A stretch of 63,350 nucleotides of DNA, filler included, from Octopus bimaculoides (lineage: Eukaryota), in NCBI RefSeq assembly GCF_001194135.2. It is 7 parts of 6 records of this genome, joined end to end, with 100 filler letters (N's around TTAATTAATTAA, not from the genome) between each part and the next. Parts side by side here need not be neighbours in the genome. Positions count along the whole stretch, not along the records: positions 1 to 11,102 come from NC_068988.1; positions 11,203 to 24,049 come from NC_069000.1; 5 more parts are not named here. The stretch is one strand, 5' to 3'. The position numbers were made by a program, and so were the translations under genes. This document shows positions 1 through 12,517 of the stretch, piece after piece. Positions within the stretch are counted from its first letter, which is position 1; each line of letters opens with the position of its first letter. The notes below the pieces were generated by a model. The model was not told the origin of the DNA. It saw only the letters and a list, made by a program, of their open reading frames with translations, and made no database searches.

Positions 1-2
1 AT

Positions 3-161
3 ATACGACAGGCTTCTTTGAGTTTCCGTCTACCAAATCCACTCACAAGGCTTTGGTCGGCCCGATGCCATAGTAGAAGGCAGTTGCCCAAGGTGCCACG
101 CAGTGGGACTGAACCCGGAACCATGTGGTTGGTTAGCAAGCTACTTACCACACAGCCACTC
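3..161 (-). mobile_element. tRNA-derived SINE family A, head half
   Basis: Reverse complement reads GAGTGGCTGTGTGG (A-box-like)...GGTTCAGTCCC (B-box-like), then the body ...GGAAACTCAAAGAAGCCTGTCGTATAT. Near-identical copies lie at 37000, 44764, 56698 and 56905. Confidence 0.85.
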
Positions 162-230
162 ATACGCCTGTTATGCGGCCATTGAAAATTCCTCCAAAAA
201 TCAAAGGGGGACAAGAATTTTCAATGGGCG

Positions 231-291
231 GATAACTGAAGAGATGTTGGCGTGGTTTCCCACCGCGGCATCCGAAACTCGGAGTACTATC
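231..291 (+). ncRNA. Hammerhead ribozyme motif, minimal type I
   Basis: GATAA-CTGAAGA-stem II (GATGTTG...CGGCATC with G-U pairs)-C-GAAA-CTC G GAG-TA-CTATC. Predicted cleavage is after GUA (A286). Confidence 0.6.
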
Positions 292-639
292 ATGGCTACC
301 GAATAAGTGTCACATATTTTTACAGATAAATTCCTCTATTTACATAATATCGAAGTCTCTTTCTTTCTTTAGTTATCCTTTATATCAATATATATATATA
401 TATATATAATTTACTAATTTATGTAACGTGATGAGGAAATTGGATGTGATTGAAGAAGCGTCTTTTTATATTTGGGTGATTCGCGCGGAATTAATTCAAG
501 TTTAAATCTCTAATATAAGGGAGGTTAGTTATTTAAGATTTGTGTTCGCATTTATAGATACTGTTGCAATTTAAAAAAAAAGAAATGGAGAAAAAATACG
601 AAGAAAAACTGAGAGAAAATAAGAGAAAATACAAAAAGG

Positions 640-1065
640 ATAATTGCAAATAGTTATACACTTACATATACATACGCATACATATATCCATACTCACGGA
701 CACGTGTATATGTATATATACATAAATAACACATATATATATATATATATATATACACGTAAGTCAATATATATAAATATATATGCATATGCGCATACAC
801 ACAACCATACACATACACAAATACACATACGTACATTTACACATTTACATACACACACTCGTAAATACTTGCACATAAACAGGCATATATACACTCGTAC
901 GTAGACATATACAGACATACACATGCACACACACATATAGATACATATACATGCATATATATACATATATATATATATACATACATATATGCATCTATAT
1001 ATATATACACGTACACCAATAATTACATATTCACCACGCTCATAGACACATGTAGGCATATGTAG

Positions 1066-1096
<31 letters not shown>

Positions 1097-1260
1097 CATA
1101 TATATGTACACAAGTATATACACAACACACATACAGAATTACACAAATGTGGGCATATGTAGGTGTATGTATATGTACAGAAATATATACTCATACACAT
1201 ACATACATGAACATATACAAACACACACATATGTGGACATAGGTGGGCATAAGTGAAAAC
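640..1260. repeat. Degenerate (TA)/(CA) microsatellite field
   Basis: Alternating purine/pyrimidine low-complexity sequence that generates the spurious YI/HT/CV ORFs. Confidence 0.9.
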
Positions 1261-1899
1261 AATACAAATTATATAAAAAAAAAGGAAAAGAAAATGTGAA
1301 AGAAAGAAGATAAAGAAGAAGGAAGAATAGAAATAGTAAGAAGGGTGACAAGAATAAAGGAAAATAAAAATAGCAAAGATAAAGTTTGGGTTAAAAAGTA
1401 TACACCTAAAAATGTTATTAAAGAATGTATTTTTATATCAATAGAAAAAGATAAAGGATAAACAAACAAATATATTGGCAATAGTTGATTATGATAATAG
1501 TAATAATATAAGTAGTAATATTTATAATAGGTGAGAGATGTGTATTTAAGTACATATAAAACAATACACACAATATATAACAAACAATAAATGTGTATAT
1601 ATATGTGTATATATTTTAAGTGGTGATCAAAAAATTAGTCTAAAAAATGTATTGAGTAAAAGGGAGAGATATATGAATATATGGTATTGGTTTCACAATT
1701 GATGATAAAAATATGAAAGGGTCATATAATATAAGTGGGTGGGGTTGGAATGGCATATGAATAACCAGGTAATGTAAGATGGATAAAATAGAGAGAATTA
1801 AGGATATAACTCTAATATAAAGGTGGTAATATTATAGGGAGACGTATTATGCAAAGAACTAAATTATATGGCGGAGTAAGAATAAGAAAAAAGTTATAA

Positions 1900-3520
1900 A
1901 AACGTTAGAGGAAATGGGGTGGAGAGAATTATTTGAGGTTACGAAAAAGGAATTTTGACATATGTTTACAAGGATGCTTTTTCATCTCTCGAATTTAAAA
2001 GACAATTATCCATTTTCATAATATTGTAACTCACATCTAAGCATAAATAACAAATCCTGTTATTATGCCTATAAGAAGGAGCTGGGAGAAAATTTTCTAA
2101 GAAATCGAGTTTATCAGTGTTACTTCTTTTCAGTTGCCTTTTTAGATAGATTTATACTATTTTCTTTATTGGGTAATTGAAGGATGATTTATGGTCATTT
2201 AATCAGAATTTTAAAGGGTTTTGAGAACATCTAATGTACGTGAATTTAGACAAGTTATGGGTAATAATTGTAGCTTGGTATTCTACAGTTACCCTTTGCC
2301 TCCCTCGTATGTGGGTTTATACAATTACAATCAGAACAATTATTTGATACTCTATTGTTATGTCTATATGTATTAAGGGTGGAGGCGCAATGGCCCAGTG
2401 CTTAGGGCAGCGGGCTCGCGGTCACAGGATCGCGGTTTCGATTCCCAGACAAGGCGTTGTGAGTGATTATTAAGCGAAAAAACCACGAGGCTCCGGCAGG
2501 GGATGGTGGCGGACCCTGCTGTACTCTTTCACCACAACTTTCTCTCACTCTTACTTCCTTTTTTCTGTTGTGCCTGTAATTCAAAGGGTCAGCCTTGTCA
2601 AACTGTGTCACGCTGAATATCCCTCAGAACTACGTTAAGGGTACACGCGTCTGTGGAGTGCTCAGCCACTTACACATTAATTTCACGAGCAGGCTGTTCC
2701 GGTGATTGGATCAACTGGAACCCTCGTCGTCGTAAGCGACGGAGTGCCAACAATGTATTAAGGGTAATTGAGAATGTGTAATTTTGACAATTATTATTAT
2801 TAAAAAAGGAATTATCGGAATTATTAGAGTTAGAAGGAGACCTATTGTAGACTTGGTTTAGTTTCCTATTGTTGAATGAAGAGATGATCCTAAATAGGTT
2901 TAGAGATACTAAAAATCCAAATCTGATCAATTTATTTTAATAAAGTTTCTAATTGATTTAATAAAATTAAATTTTAAATGTTTAGCAAAAGGAATTATTA
3001 TCTAAATGATATTATTGTTGTTATTGTTAGTCGTAGATATTTGAATTTTGTGGGTGTACCATTCGAAAATAAGGTATAGGATTCTTTTTTCTTTCGTATT
3101 ATAACCCCTAACTTTGATTATATTAGTTATGTAATGTGACTTATAAGGAGGATAAGATATAGGTTGGATTTTTCATGTTCTTATTTCTATCGATGGTTAT
3201 TTGTTTTCGGTATTTGTTGTCTGTATACTTAGTTTCAGTTTTCTTATTAATAATAGTGGATTTAGTGATTTGTGGGTAGGGAATATTAATATTAACAGTT
3301 CTAATAGAGAGTTTATTATGGTTATTGTGGTCTAATTTATAGAGTTTATTATTATGATGTTTATTTTTGTTGTAGGATTTTTGTTTTTTTGGTAATGTTT
3401 TAGTGATGAATATTATTGACAGAATTAACTTCTGTGTCAGGGTTTTGTAATTCACTAAATGATGCGGGATTAGTAATACTGTCATTCTTGTTCTTATCTA
3501 GATAATTCTTGGGATATTTG
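1900..3520 (-). mobile_element. Decayed Penelope-like retroelement (post-RT linker plus GIY-YIG endonuclease), interrupted by a SINE
   Basis: Manual minus-strand translation across frameshifts and stops gives ISYPPYKSHYITNIIK, HKIQIS, CNCINPH..GNCR, YIRCSQNPLKF*LNDHKSSF and CYLCLDVSYNIMK..LLNSRDEK. The motif order matches the element at 62161-63249. Confidence 0.65.
2381..2752 (+). mobile_element. tRNA-derived SINE family B, full length with TSD
   Basis: A-box-like TGGCCCAGTGCTTAGG and B-box-like GGTTTCGATTCCC. The 13-bp TSD ATGTATTAAGGGT lies at 2368-2380 and 2753-2765. A homologous copy is at 21140-21498. Confidence 0.92.
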
Positions 3521-3522
3521 TG

Positions 3523-3650
<128 letters not shown>

Positions 3651-5039
3651 ACACGCGCAAGAAGCAACCTGAATGAATAAATTGAGGAATAAGACACGGT
3701 GTAGTAATTCCAGACGCTTTATCTTGAGTGTATAATTGTTAAGTGTGTGGGTGGGGTGAAAATACCATCCTTTTCTGATAGAGATGAAGCCATAGTATAT
3801 GTGTGCATTAAGATGAAGAAACCATAGTTTCGTTCTGAAAAGGTAGAATGTTGTAAAATCTCGAAAATTACGCTCAGACGTAAGACGTTGAAAGATTGAT
3901 AAGTTAGATCAATTTTGAGAAAAATAAAACTGTCGTCTAAAACTTTACTGTCGTCAATGCTTGCTTACAAAGACTGTCGGCGAGTGTATAGTCAAAGAAA
4001 GGATATTTTTGTATGTATGTATGTATGCATGTATGTATTTAGGTGTGCATTTATGTATGTATATATATATATGCGTATGTATGTATGTGCGTATGTGGAT
4101 AGGTACGTATATTGTTACGTAGGTAGCTTGATAGATAGCTAAATAAGTAGGTGCGGTAACCATATTATATATATGCATATATGTTTATGTGATTTTCTCT
4201 GTGTGTATCTTTACGTGTAGGTGTTAGTGATCAGCTTGAAAATATGAAGCAACTTTTGACAAAGTGCGAACTTTTCACAAATTGCAGTCTACTATGTTAA
4301 AAGAGAATAATATGACGTATATGTGATAGCTTAAAATTCCTCTCAAGGTAATTCTACGAATCATGATTTACCGACAACCGATGTGAGAACGATTCCCAAG
4401 TGACACGATCTACATTACAGGGGAAGATAACTTTATTAGAAGGTATTATACTGGCCTCGAGTGTTGGAATTTTCCTGTATCATCACATTCATTGTGAGTG
4501 AGATACATTCAGTAACGAAGGCGAAACTTGGTAACTGATCGCTCTTTCAATCTTAGAGCGGCTGTTAAGGATCCCTCTTTCGAATGAAATACCTTAAAAT
4601 TAAATACAATAGCTCGGTCGTTACTCATCAGTTCATACCATAGCTTTTGACACCACTGATTTATATAATAGCAAGGCAGTGGAGTATCAGAGGTCAACGT
4701 TACGACATATGACTGGTCTAACTCTCCCTCCTATTTGCAAGTGTTCGCACAACAACGAGATGTTCATCAATCCCAAACTTATATTACGGGATTCAAGTTC
4801 ACTATCACGTATATTTCCATGTCAAGCGGCTGTGCGTGTGCTTGTATACACACACAAACACACTCACACACGCACACGTACTCACACACACATGCACATA
4901 CGCACACATACTCGCACACACGCAAACACACTTTCACACACACACACACACACACGCATGCGTATGAAGAAACACGTAGGCATATGCATACATATATATA
5001 TATATATATATAGTTGGAATTTACAAAAAAAAAACAAAG

Positions 5040-5640
5040 ACCAAAACGGGTGTGTACACAATAACCAGATGTATTAGCTTAACGCTCGGGAAGTGAGGGT
5101 TTTTTACGGTTCAAGCCTACGTTTTTCAACAGAAAGGAACACAGAAATACGCAGAGCGAGAAAATAAAACAGGTTTAGTGGCAAGCGATAAATCAAGGCG
5201 AATGCCGGACAGAGGTGACCAGACAGGAGAGCTAGGACGAAGGGGAGATAAAGAAAGTTGTGATGATCCCAAAACGAATGTGCGCGTGCGAGTGTATATG
5301 AGAGCGTGTATGTGAGAGCGTGTATGTGCGTGTGGATAAGGGCTGGTGACCTTGACGTGTGCGTGTGTGCATATGTAGGGGTGAGGTAACGATGGAGGGG
5401 TGACGATGACGGGAGAGGGAGAAGGGAGAAGGTGGGTAGGAGTGAATTGAGGAAGTAGGGGTGTCAGAGCAAGAGAGGAGAGGTGGGTGGGAGTGAAAGG
5501 AGGAAATAGATGTGAGAGGAAAAGAGGAGAGAGGTGGGGTGTTAGATGAAGAGTGAAGGAGAGTTCAGCCCATGTGGTGCAAAGTAACGAATTGAGAAGA
5601 TTAAATCCTGTTCACAGCGAAGACGGGAATATGGCTGGCC
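5040..5640 (-). mobile_element. 3' end of a Penelope-like element (Neptune-type GIY-YIG C-terminus plus 3' terminal region)
   Basis: Minus strand 5640-5542 translates GQPYSRLRCEQDLIFSIRYFAPHGLNSPSLFI*, resembling the R..EQ..IF....PxGxN terminus of these endonucleases. A pyrimidine-rich UTR follows. Confidence 0.55.
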
Positions 5641-6075
5641 CCTGTGCAAAGACAATCTGATCAACTTTATCAAAAGACTTTGCAAAGTCAAGGTATATTA
5701 CGTGCATATCTGAGTTGTCGATTAACTGCTTCAACACCTAGTCATAGTGCTGGAGGCACTGTGTCAGGCAGCTCCTACCTGGTCGGAAACTATGGTGGGT
5801 ATCACTCAGCAAGTCGTTTTCTTCAAGCAATGCAATTAGTTTCCCTATAACTATTCTTTCCATGACTTTGATGAGGTATGAAGTAAGAAAGACAGTCCTA
5901 TATTTTTTGGCATCTACACTTCTTCATCTTTTATGGTTTGGGCATATTATTCCCTCCTTCAGTTTGCTAGGCAGCTTTCCATTAACAAGAAAACTCTAGA
6001 AGAGTATCTGTAGTGGTTTTTCCAGGGCACGTTTGCACGATTTGAGGAGTATTCTTTTACATTGTTCTATATTTA
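5640..6075 (-). mobile_element. CR1/L2-type LINE reverse transcriptase fragment (pseudogenised)
   Basis: Minus translation: GKLPSKLKEGIICP..KYRTVFLTSYLIKVMERIV..LLSDTHHSFRPGRSCLTQCL..VIYLDFAKSFDKVD, with in-frame stops. Confidence 0.8.
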
Positions 6076-6362
6076 CATATGTAGAAGATCAGTTTTTTTT
6101 CTTTTTTCACTGCATTCCTTCACAATATAAACCGTAACTTACATTTCATTCCAACATTTTTTTCTTTGTTTCACATATTCCACGTATTCAGAAATTATGA
6201 GGTCAGCTGTCATTTTCCTATCTCACTTCAGCTTACTCGTTTAACTTTTCATTTGAAAATAAACCATTTTTCCAAAAACATAGGAAGAAACAAATTCGGT
6301 GCGGCGCTCTCCTGTAGGTATGCCATATATGTAATATAACGACACACATAATAGCATGTATG

Positions 6363-6407
<45 letters not shown>

Positions 6408-6500
6408 CTGCAATAATCTCTACTACTTTATATTGCTATAAGNNNNNNNNNNTGTGTGTGTGTAACTGCAATAATCTCTACTACTTTATATTGCTATAAG

Positions 6501-8430
6501 AAAAAGAGGAGCTGACGTTGAGGGTCATCCAAGTATAAAAGCTTTTGACTCGACCATCGGAAGAGTTTACTTTGTGCATCCGAGTTACTATGAATGTTTC
6601 TTTTTGAGGTTGCTTCTTACTGAAATAAGAGGACCGGCTTGCTTCTCCTTCCTAAGAACGAGTGATGGTCAAACTGTTTGTACTTATACAGAAGCCTGCT
6701 TTGCCTTAAATTTGTTAGACGTTGACAATCATTGGGATACGACAATGGCTGAGGCTTCAGTGTCGCACACACCTATTTCATTGAGAGGTCATTTTGCAAT
6801 TCTTGTCCTGAATTGTGAAGTAAGTAATCCATTAGCGTTGTAGCACAAATATAAAAATTATTTACCAGAAGACTACAGATAGCAAGCACAATTAAGATTC
6901 CCTGAGAGGGAAATAGCATTCGACGATGTCATATATAATTATGCATTGGTTGATATTGAAGATCACGTTGTCCCAATGGGAGGGAAGGAGCTCAGCATGT
7001 TTAGCTTACCTGAAACTCATCGAAATGAGGTGATAATTTGATCAGAGAAGATTTGCGAGAAACTTCATATGATATTGATTCATTAACAAGATTCCTTGAA
7101 GTAAGTTTCCCGAAATATTTGCCAGATCAACAACTTGCATATAAAGCAATCACTGATCAAGTGAAACATAAGTGAGAAGGGTTATATTTTCTGGATACAC
7201 CAGGGGGAACTTGAAAAACTTTGTTACAAATTTAGAGCCAGCCAAATTCTGGCAGAAAAGGGAAATGGCCTTAGCTGTAGCGAATTCTTGAATTCCTGCA
7301 ACTTTTTGTCAGGAAGTCGAACAGCTCACGCAGCTTTCAAGCTGCCATTCAATCTAACTTCAAATGATGAAACCTTTTTGAAATATTAATAAAAATTCTT
7401 CTTTACCTCAAAGTCTCATGAAATGTTCTTTGATCATATGGGACGAAGCTGCAATGTCTCAGTAGAATCAGTAGAATCAGTAGAATCTTTTAACAGAATA
7501 TTGCAAGTTTGCGCAATTCCAATTGTTTAGTGCGAGCTGTGACAGTAATACATTCAGGTGATTTGAGACAAACTTTGCAAGTAATCCTCAGGGGAATATA
7601 GGCTGATGAATTGAAAGCATTTTTGAAATAGTCTATTTTGTAGAAACATATCAGTTTTAAAGTTTTCTACAAATATGAGAGCACATTTGCGTGGGGATCA
7701 TCTGTCGGAACCATTTGCCCATGCTATTGGAGAAAGAAGGCTAGATATCAATCATGAAGCTGATTTGAATCTATCAAAAGTCTGCACCTTGGTATGAGTT
7801 CAAATTGCACAAATGCTACTTGGTTGTACGAAAGAGCAATTATAGCACCAACGAACGTTACTGTGAACAATTTAAATGAGTGTCGAGAAACTTTTACCAG
7901 GAAACGAACATACTTAGAACACTAAAGACTCTGTTGTGCATGAATCGAAAATAGTCGATTACTCGGGTGAGTTCTTAAACTCACTGCAGCCACCTTTTGC
8001 CTCCGCATTGCCTTCCATTGTAAATAAACTCTGCAATCTTGCTTCTGCGCAACCTTTCTCAACCAAAGTTGTGCAATGGCACAAGACTTGTCAAGAAATT
8101 AATGAGAAATGTCATACAGGCCACAGTAATTTCTGGCGTTGTGGAAAAGGTGAAGATCTTTTTATTCATTGTTTACCTTTAATACCTTCCCAAATACCCT
8201 AAGATTTCAAATGACTTGAATTTCCAATACGTCTGTCTTTTGCGATGTCCATTAATAAGTACGAAGATCAGACTTTAAAAGGTACTGGTTTGCAATTAGA
8301 AGAGCACTATTCCTCACACGGTCAGTTATATGTTGGGACATGCAGAGCGAGGTGCAAGAACAATCATTTCATGTTTGCCTCTACTGGTAAGAGCCAAAAC
8401 ATTGTCTATAAGAAAGTTGTTTTTTTTTAT
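6501..8430 (+). mobile_element. Helitron Rep/helicase (PIF1-type) pseudogene fragment
   Basis: Motifs in order: TIGRVYFVHP..CFFLRLLL..GP, FLDTPGGT*KT (P-loop), IIWDEAAMS, GDLRQTL.V, RAIIAPTN, FPIRLSFAMSINK..QTL, SHGQLYVG, NIVYK. There are many stops and frameshifts. Confidence 0.9.
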
Positions 8431-8931
8431 CATGTAATCAACAAACTAACAATTGCAGAATAATTAAGAACATTGAATTGATATTGTCAACGTCACGCTA
8501 TATTCGTCTGTTTGTTGTAATACTTACGATTAATACATTAAAGCACATATGTTTTTAGTTTTTCGCGAACGTTTATATACTTACTTTGTATTAGACATAA
8601 GCCAAAGTCGGTGCGATGTTTGCTTCATTTATAGTCTTAAATACTATAGATCAGGGATCAGAAGTTTATATGTACCCATGGTATATATATATATATATAT
8701 ATATATNNNNNNNNNNNNNNNNNNNNNNNNNNNNNNNNNNNNNNNNNNNNNNNNNNNNNNNNNNNNNNNNNNNNNNNNNNNNNNNNNNNNNNNNNNNNNN
8801 NNNNNNNNNNNNNNNNNNNNNNNNNNNNNNNNNNNNNNNNNNNNNNNNNNNNNNNNNNNNNNNNNNNNNNNNNNNNNNNNNNNNNNNNNNNNNNNNNNNN
8901 NNNNNNNNNNNNNNNNNNNNNNNNNNNNNNN

Positions 8932-8973
<42 letters not shown>

Positions 8974-9205
8974 CGAGGAAAAAAGCCTTATTTTACTTAT
9001 ATATATATACTCGTGTGTCACTTTTCGACATTCTACACGCACACACGTGTATGTATGCGTGTATGTGAACAGATGCACATGTATTGAAACCTTCAAACAG
9101 AAAGGAACATAAACATTGATGCTTCAAATAATGGTCGTACATACATATGTGCGCGCATACAAGCATACACACAAATACACACATACACGTACAGGCACAC
9201 ACACA

Positions 9206-9248
<43 letters not shown>

Positions 9249-10249
9249 ACAGTAGGTTCAGACAGAGGAATATCATGAATAAATCGACCTTGTAGTACGT
9301 GATTCGTAATTCGAAAATATCCCTGTAATGACATAGCGGGTTGCCTCCCAACAAATGTTAGGCGAACAATGGATCGTAATTTACATTGAGTGCAAACCTG
9401 TGTTATAGGAGTACCAGTAATCGTAGTATAAACGGAATATCCATTCCATTATAACATTCAATCTTGTTTCTTGTTTACTTCGTCTCTAAAAACTCACGTG
9501 GCGTATAGGTCATGGAGTAGTTTTTCTGACTATTTAATGTTAACATATATTGAAATTCTGTTTAGATTTATTTAAACTCTTGGCTTTTCATTTCATGTTT
9601 AATGTTTTGTTCTTTTTTTTAAAAATCCATTATTTCAATGTAATTAACTAGTAGTTTGCATTTTATTGTTTCCATATGTATTGAGGGAATTTTGTTGCTG
9701 TTTTAATATTGCGTTTTTGCATTTGGTTTTACAAGAATCTTGCATTAAGATATTGTTCTCTCTTGAAAGGGTGACCGTGAACTGGTTTTATTTCACTTCT
9801 TGTATCATTATTATCATTCGACTAGTTAACCATTTAACTAATTAAATGATCGCTTGATTAAGCTTTCGGACAATGAATCACTTATCTTCGTGAGAGCCCT
9901 TTCCACACCATTCTTGACTTCATGAACAACATGCCATCTCTATTCTATTTCTATCTATTTCTTAGTTTACAGATTGTGTATTTTTACAATTTATTTAAAT
10001 TATTTAATTCCTAACCACACTAATTAGTTCCTAAATTTTCAATTAGTAGGAAAATAGTGTGCTTGATCCGTTGCAGGGCCTCTCAGATTAGCATGAGAGT
10101 GAGGAAAATATCCTGAAGCAAAAGACCTCGCACAAATGCTTATAAAGGATTGGATACCGCTAAGTGCATCTCATTAGTCAGATGATGGAGTTAATCCCGG
10201 TGACGGATTAAGTTTACCGTCAGTTAGATCTAAACCTAATCTCTTTCCT

Positions 10250-11090
10250 GTAAACCCTAGTAGTTTCCTGATTATTAGATATGCGCATGTTACGTAATTC
10301 GAAAAGAAATAGCTTTAGATGGTAAACTTCGGAACACTCAGGAGCCTAGATTTTCTATAGAACCGGATTCAGTTCACTTATTATATTCTTAAAAAGTTTG
10401 TGATGGTACTGTGGTAGATAATTGGATTGTTTTGATACCGCTTTGTATTGTATTATGATGATATATAAATTTAATTTTGTTATTCGAAAATAGGCTTTAC
10501 CCCCAAGGAACTCAATGTGTCTGCTATACGGTGGCGACACCCTTTTTCAATTTGATACAATATATTTGTTTACAGTATCTTGTATATTAGCTTTTTGACA
10601 GATTAAGAAGTATACACACTACCTATCATTTTAATGTTACGAATGTAGTATAAACTTCCCAAGTTTACTCTGACCCAGAGTTGTAGCCCGTCTCAGATCC
10701 TCGGTGAAGTTAAGTTAGATTGACGTGTCAGTAAGGAAGGGACTAAATTGGAATTTATAACAGACATGGGATCAATGGTTATGTTCGAAATGGCATCCAT
10801 TATTTGGTAATTAGGTTTGCAGGATAATGTCATCATTTTAGAATTACTTAACCTAGGAGAGTTATTAATAGCTGTGGTACTATTATTGTCGGGATCCAAT
10901 TGGAGTGTTATATAGGGATTCATATGTTGAATAGACTGACCTCGTACTTTGCGACTATTGAGAGCAGCTGCGATAGATCTAAGGTTTGATGTGGAGGACT
11001 ATAAAATTTTTATTGAAGATTTACTGAAGATAGCGTAAAACCTATGCTTCGGTGGAAAGTTTGATCTTAAGATTTGAAAAATGATATGTA
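10250..11090 (-). mobile_element. Possible highly decayed Penelope-like RT remnant
   Basis: Only weak resemblances (LYYIRNI near the YxDD position, IEFLG, SNYLPQYHHK). The sequence is heavily eroded. Confidence 0.3.
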
Positions 11091-11102
11091 TATATGTATA
11101 CA

Positions 11103-11202
11103 NNNNNNNNNNNNNNNNNNNNNNNNNNNNNNNNNNNNNNNNNNNNTTAATTAATTAANNNNNNNNNNNNNNNNNNNNNNNNNNNNNNNNNNNNNNNNNN
11201 NN
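11103..11202. other. Artificial 100-bp scaffold gap with central TTAATTAATTAA spacer
   Basis: 44 N + TTAATTAATTAA + 44 N. Identical constructs lie at 24050-24149, 35307-35406, 57045-57144, 60220-60319 and 62061-62160. Confidence 0.95.
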
Positions 11203-11249
<47 letters not shown>

Positions 11250-11259
<10 letters not shown>

Positions 11260-11470
11260 GCGCATTTGTTTTCCCCCCACCCCCGCTTGACAACTGGTGC
11301 TGGTGTGATTATGCCCCTGTAACTTAGCGGTTCGGCAAAAGGAACCGATAGAATAAATACCAGGAATTTAACTAAAATAAGTACTAGGAACGATACATTA
11401 GACTTAAAATTATTCAAGGTCGTGCCCCAGCATGGCCACAGTCTAATGACTCAAACAAGTAAAAAAAAGA
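11250..11470 (+). mobile_element. SINE family A, 3' half (post-microsatellite module)
   Basis: Matches 37340-37530 and the reverse complements of 39283-39495 and 56455-56660 (GTAACTTAGCGGTTCGGCAAAA...CCAGCATGGCCACAGTC...AAACAAGTAAAA). Confidence 0.8.
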
Positions 11471-11479
11471 AAAAACATT

Positions 11480-11875
11480 TCTTATTCAGGGAAAGCGGTT
11501 GAGTGGTTGGACAGATTGAAAAGGCTGGATACAGACACTTTACTCTTTAGCCAAGCACTCATCAACCTTTTTCAAGTTCCACTTGAAAAGCAAAGTGAGT
11601 GTGAAGTGGGAAGTGCCGCCTTCAAGCAAATTTGTTGAAAGGTTGGTGAATGTGACAAGAATAGTCCGATGAACGAGTTGCCCTAGTGACCAGGGCCACC
11701 GTGGTTTTGTGGGGTTTCAACGAGTAGCCCCTCGGATGTCTCCGTCTTTTGGGAGGGAATTATTCATTTTTGAAATTTATTTTTGCTGCTCATTTTTTTC
11801 TTTTTCTACGCCCCCTGCCTCTATGTTATCCCACGTTGTATTGTCCTGTACCGCCCCCAGGGGTTAACAAAAGAA
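11480..11875 (+). mobile_element. Tx1/L1-like LINE 3' end (ORF2 C-terminus plus UTR)
   Basis: Translates ..WTD*KG..TFFKFHLKSKVSVKWEV..KFVERLVNVTRIVR, similar to the Tx1-type ORF2 terminus. It ends in an A-rich tail. Confidence 0.55.
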
Positions 11876-11879
11876 AACA

Positions 11880-12030
11880 ATATTGTTCAACTCTTTATGC
11901 TCAAATTCTGCTGAGAGAATCCTTTGCCTTTTATCTTTCTGGTGTCGATAAAATAAAGTACCAGTCTCGTACGTGGGTCGATGCTATCGACTAACCAGCT
12001 CCTCTCCAACTGCTTGCCTTGGCCCTATAT
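11880..12030 (+). mobile_element. SINE family C, decayed copy
   Basis: Contains TTTGCCTTTTATCTTTCTGGTGTCGATAAAATAAAGTACCAGT...GGGTCGATGCTATCGACT, shared with 19872-20322. Confidence 0.7.
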
Positions 12031-12037
12031 TAGAGAT

Positions 12038-12040
12038 CAC

Positions 12041-12076
<36 letters not shown>

Positions 12077-12095
12077 TATTATTATTATTATTATT

Positions 12096-12133
<38 letters not shown>

Positions 12134-12297
12134 AGACGTCGCACAGTATACAGTATCGTGAAGCTGTTAATTGAAAATATTGTGTCTACCGGGGGTTTGT
12201 CACAACAAAGACCTCAGGCAGACAGTATTTTACGCAATATGCGTGCAGTTATTATTATTATTATTATTACAACTACTACTACTACTACTACTACTAC

Positions 12298-12355
<58 letters not shown>
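12038..12355. repeat. (CAT)n/(TAT)n/(TAC)n trinucleotide repeats
   Basis: Seen directly. Confidence 0.95.
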
Positions 12356-12517
12356 NNNNNNNNNNNNNNNNNNNNNNNNNNNNNNNNNNNNNNNNNNNNN
12401 NNNNNNNNNNNNNNNNNNNNNNNNNNNNNNNNNNNNNNNNNNNNNNNNNNNNNNNNNNNNNNNNNNNNNNNNNNNNNNNNNNNNNNNNNNNNNNNNNNNN
12501 NNNNNNNNNNNNNNNNT

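Noticed and set aside
644-1230. ORFs rich in YI, HT or CV dipeptides here and throughout the window
   Set aside because: They are translations of (TA)n/(CA)n/(TG)n microsatellites, which lack stop codons in some frames.
2381-2460. tRNA-like sequences at SINE heads
   Set aside because: They have A/B boxes but continue into SINE bodies with TSDs, so they are not bona fide tRNA genes.
4505-4640. Minus-strand CTGATGA...GAAA with nested short inverted repeats
   Set aside because: Stem II and stem I do not close around the core, so no convincing hammerhead topology results.
6395-6500. Direct duplication of about 48 bp on either side of a 10-N gap
   Set aside because: Typical overlap artefact of contig joining at a (TG)n repeat.
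11147-11158. TTAATTAATTAA palindrome recurring six times
   Set aside because: It is always centred in exactly 100-bp N gaps, so it is an artificial spacer with stops in all frames and not biological.
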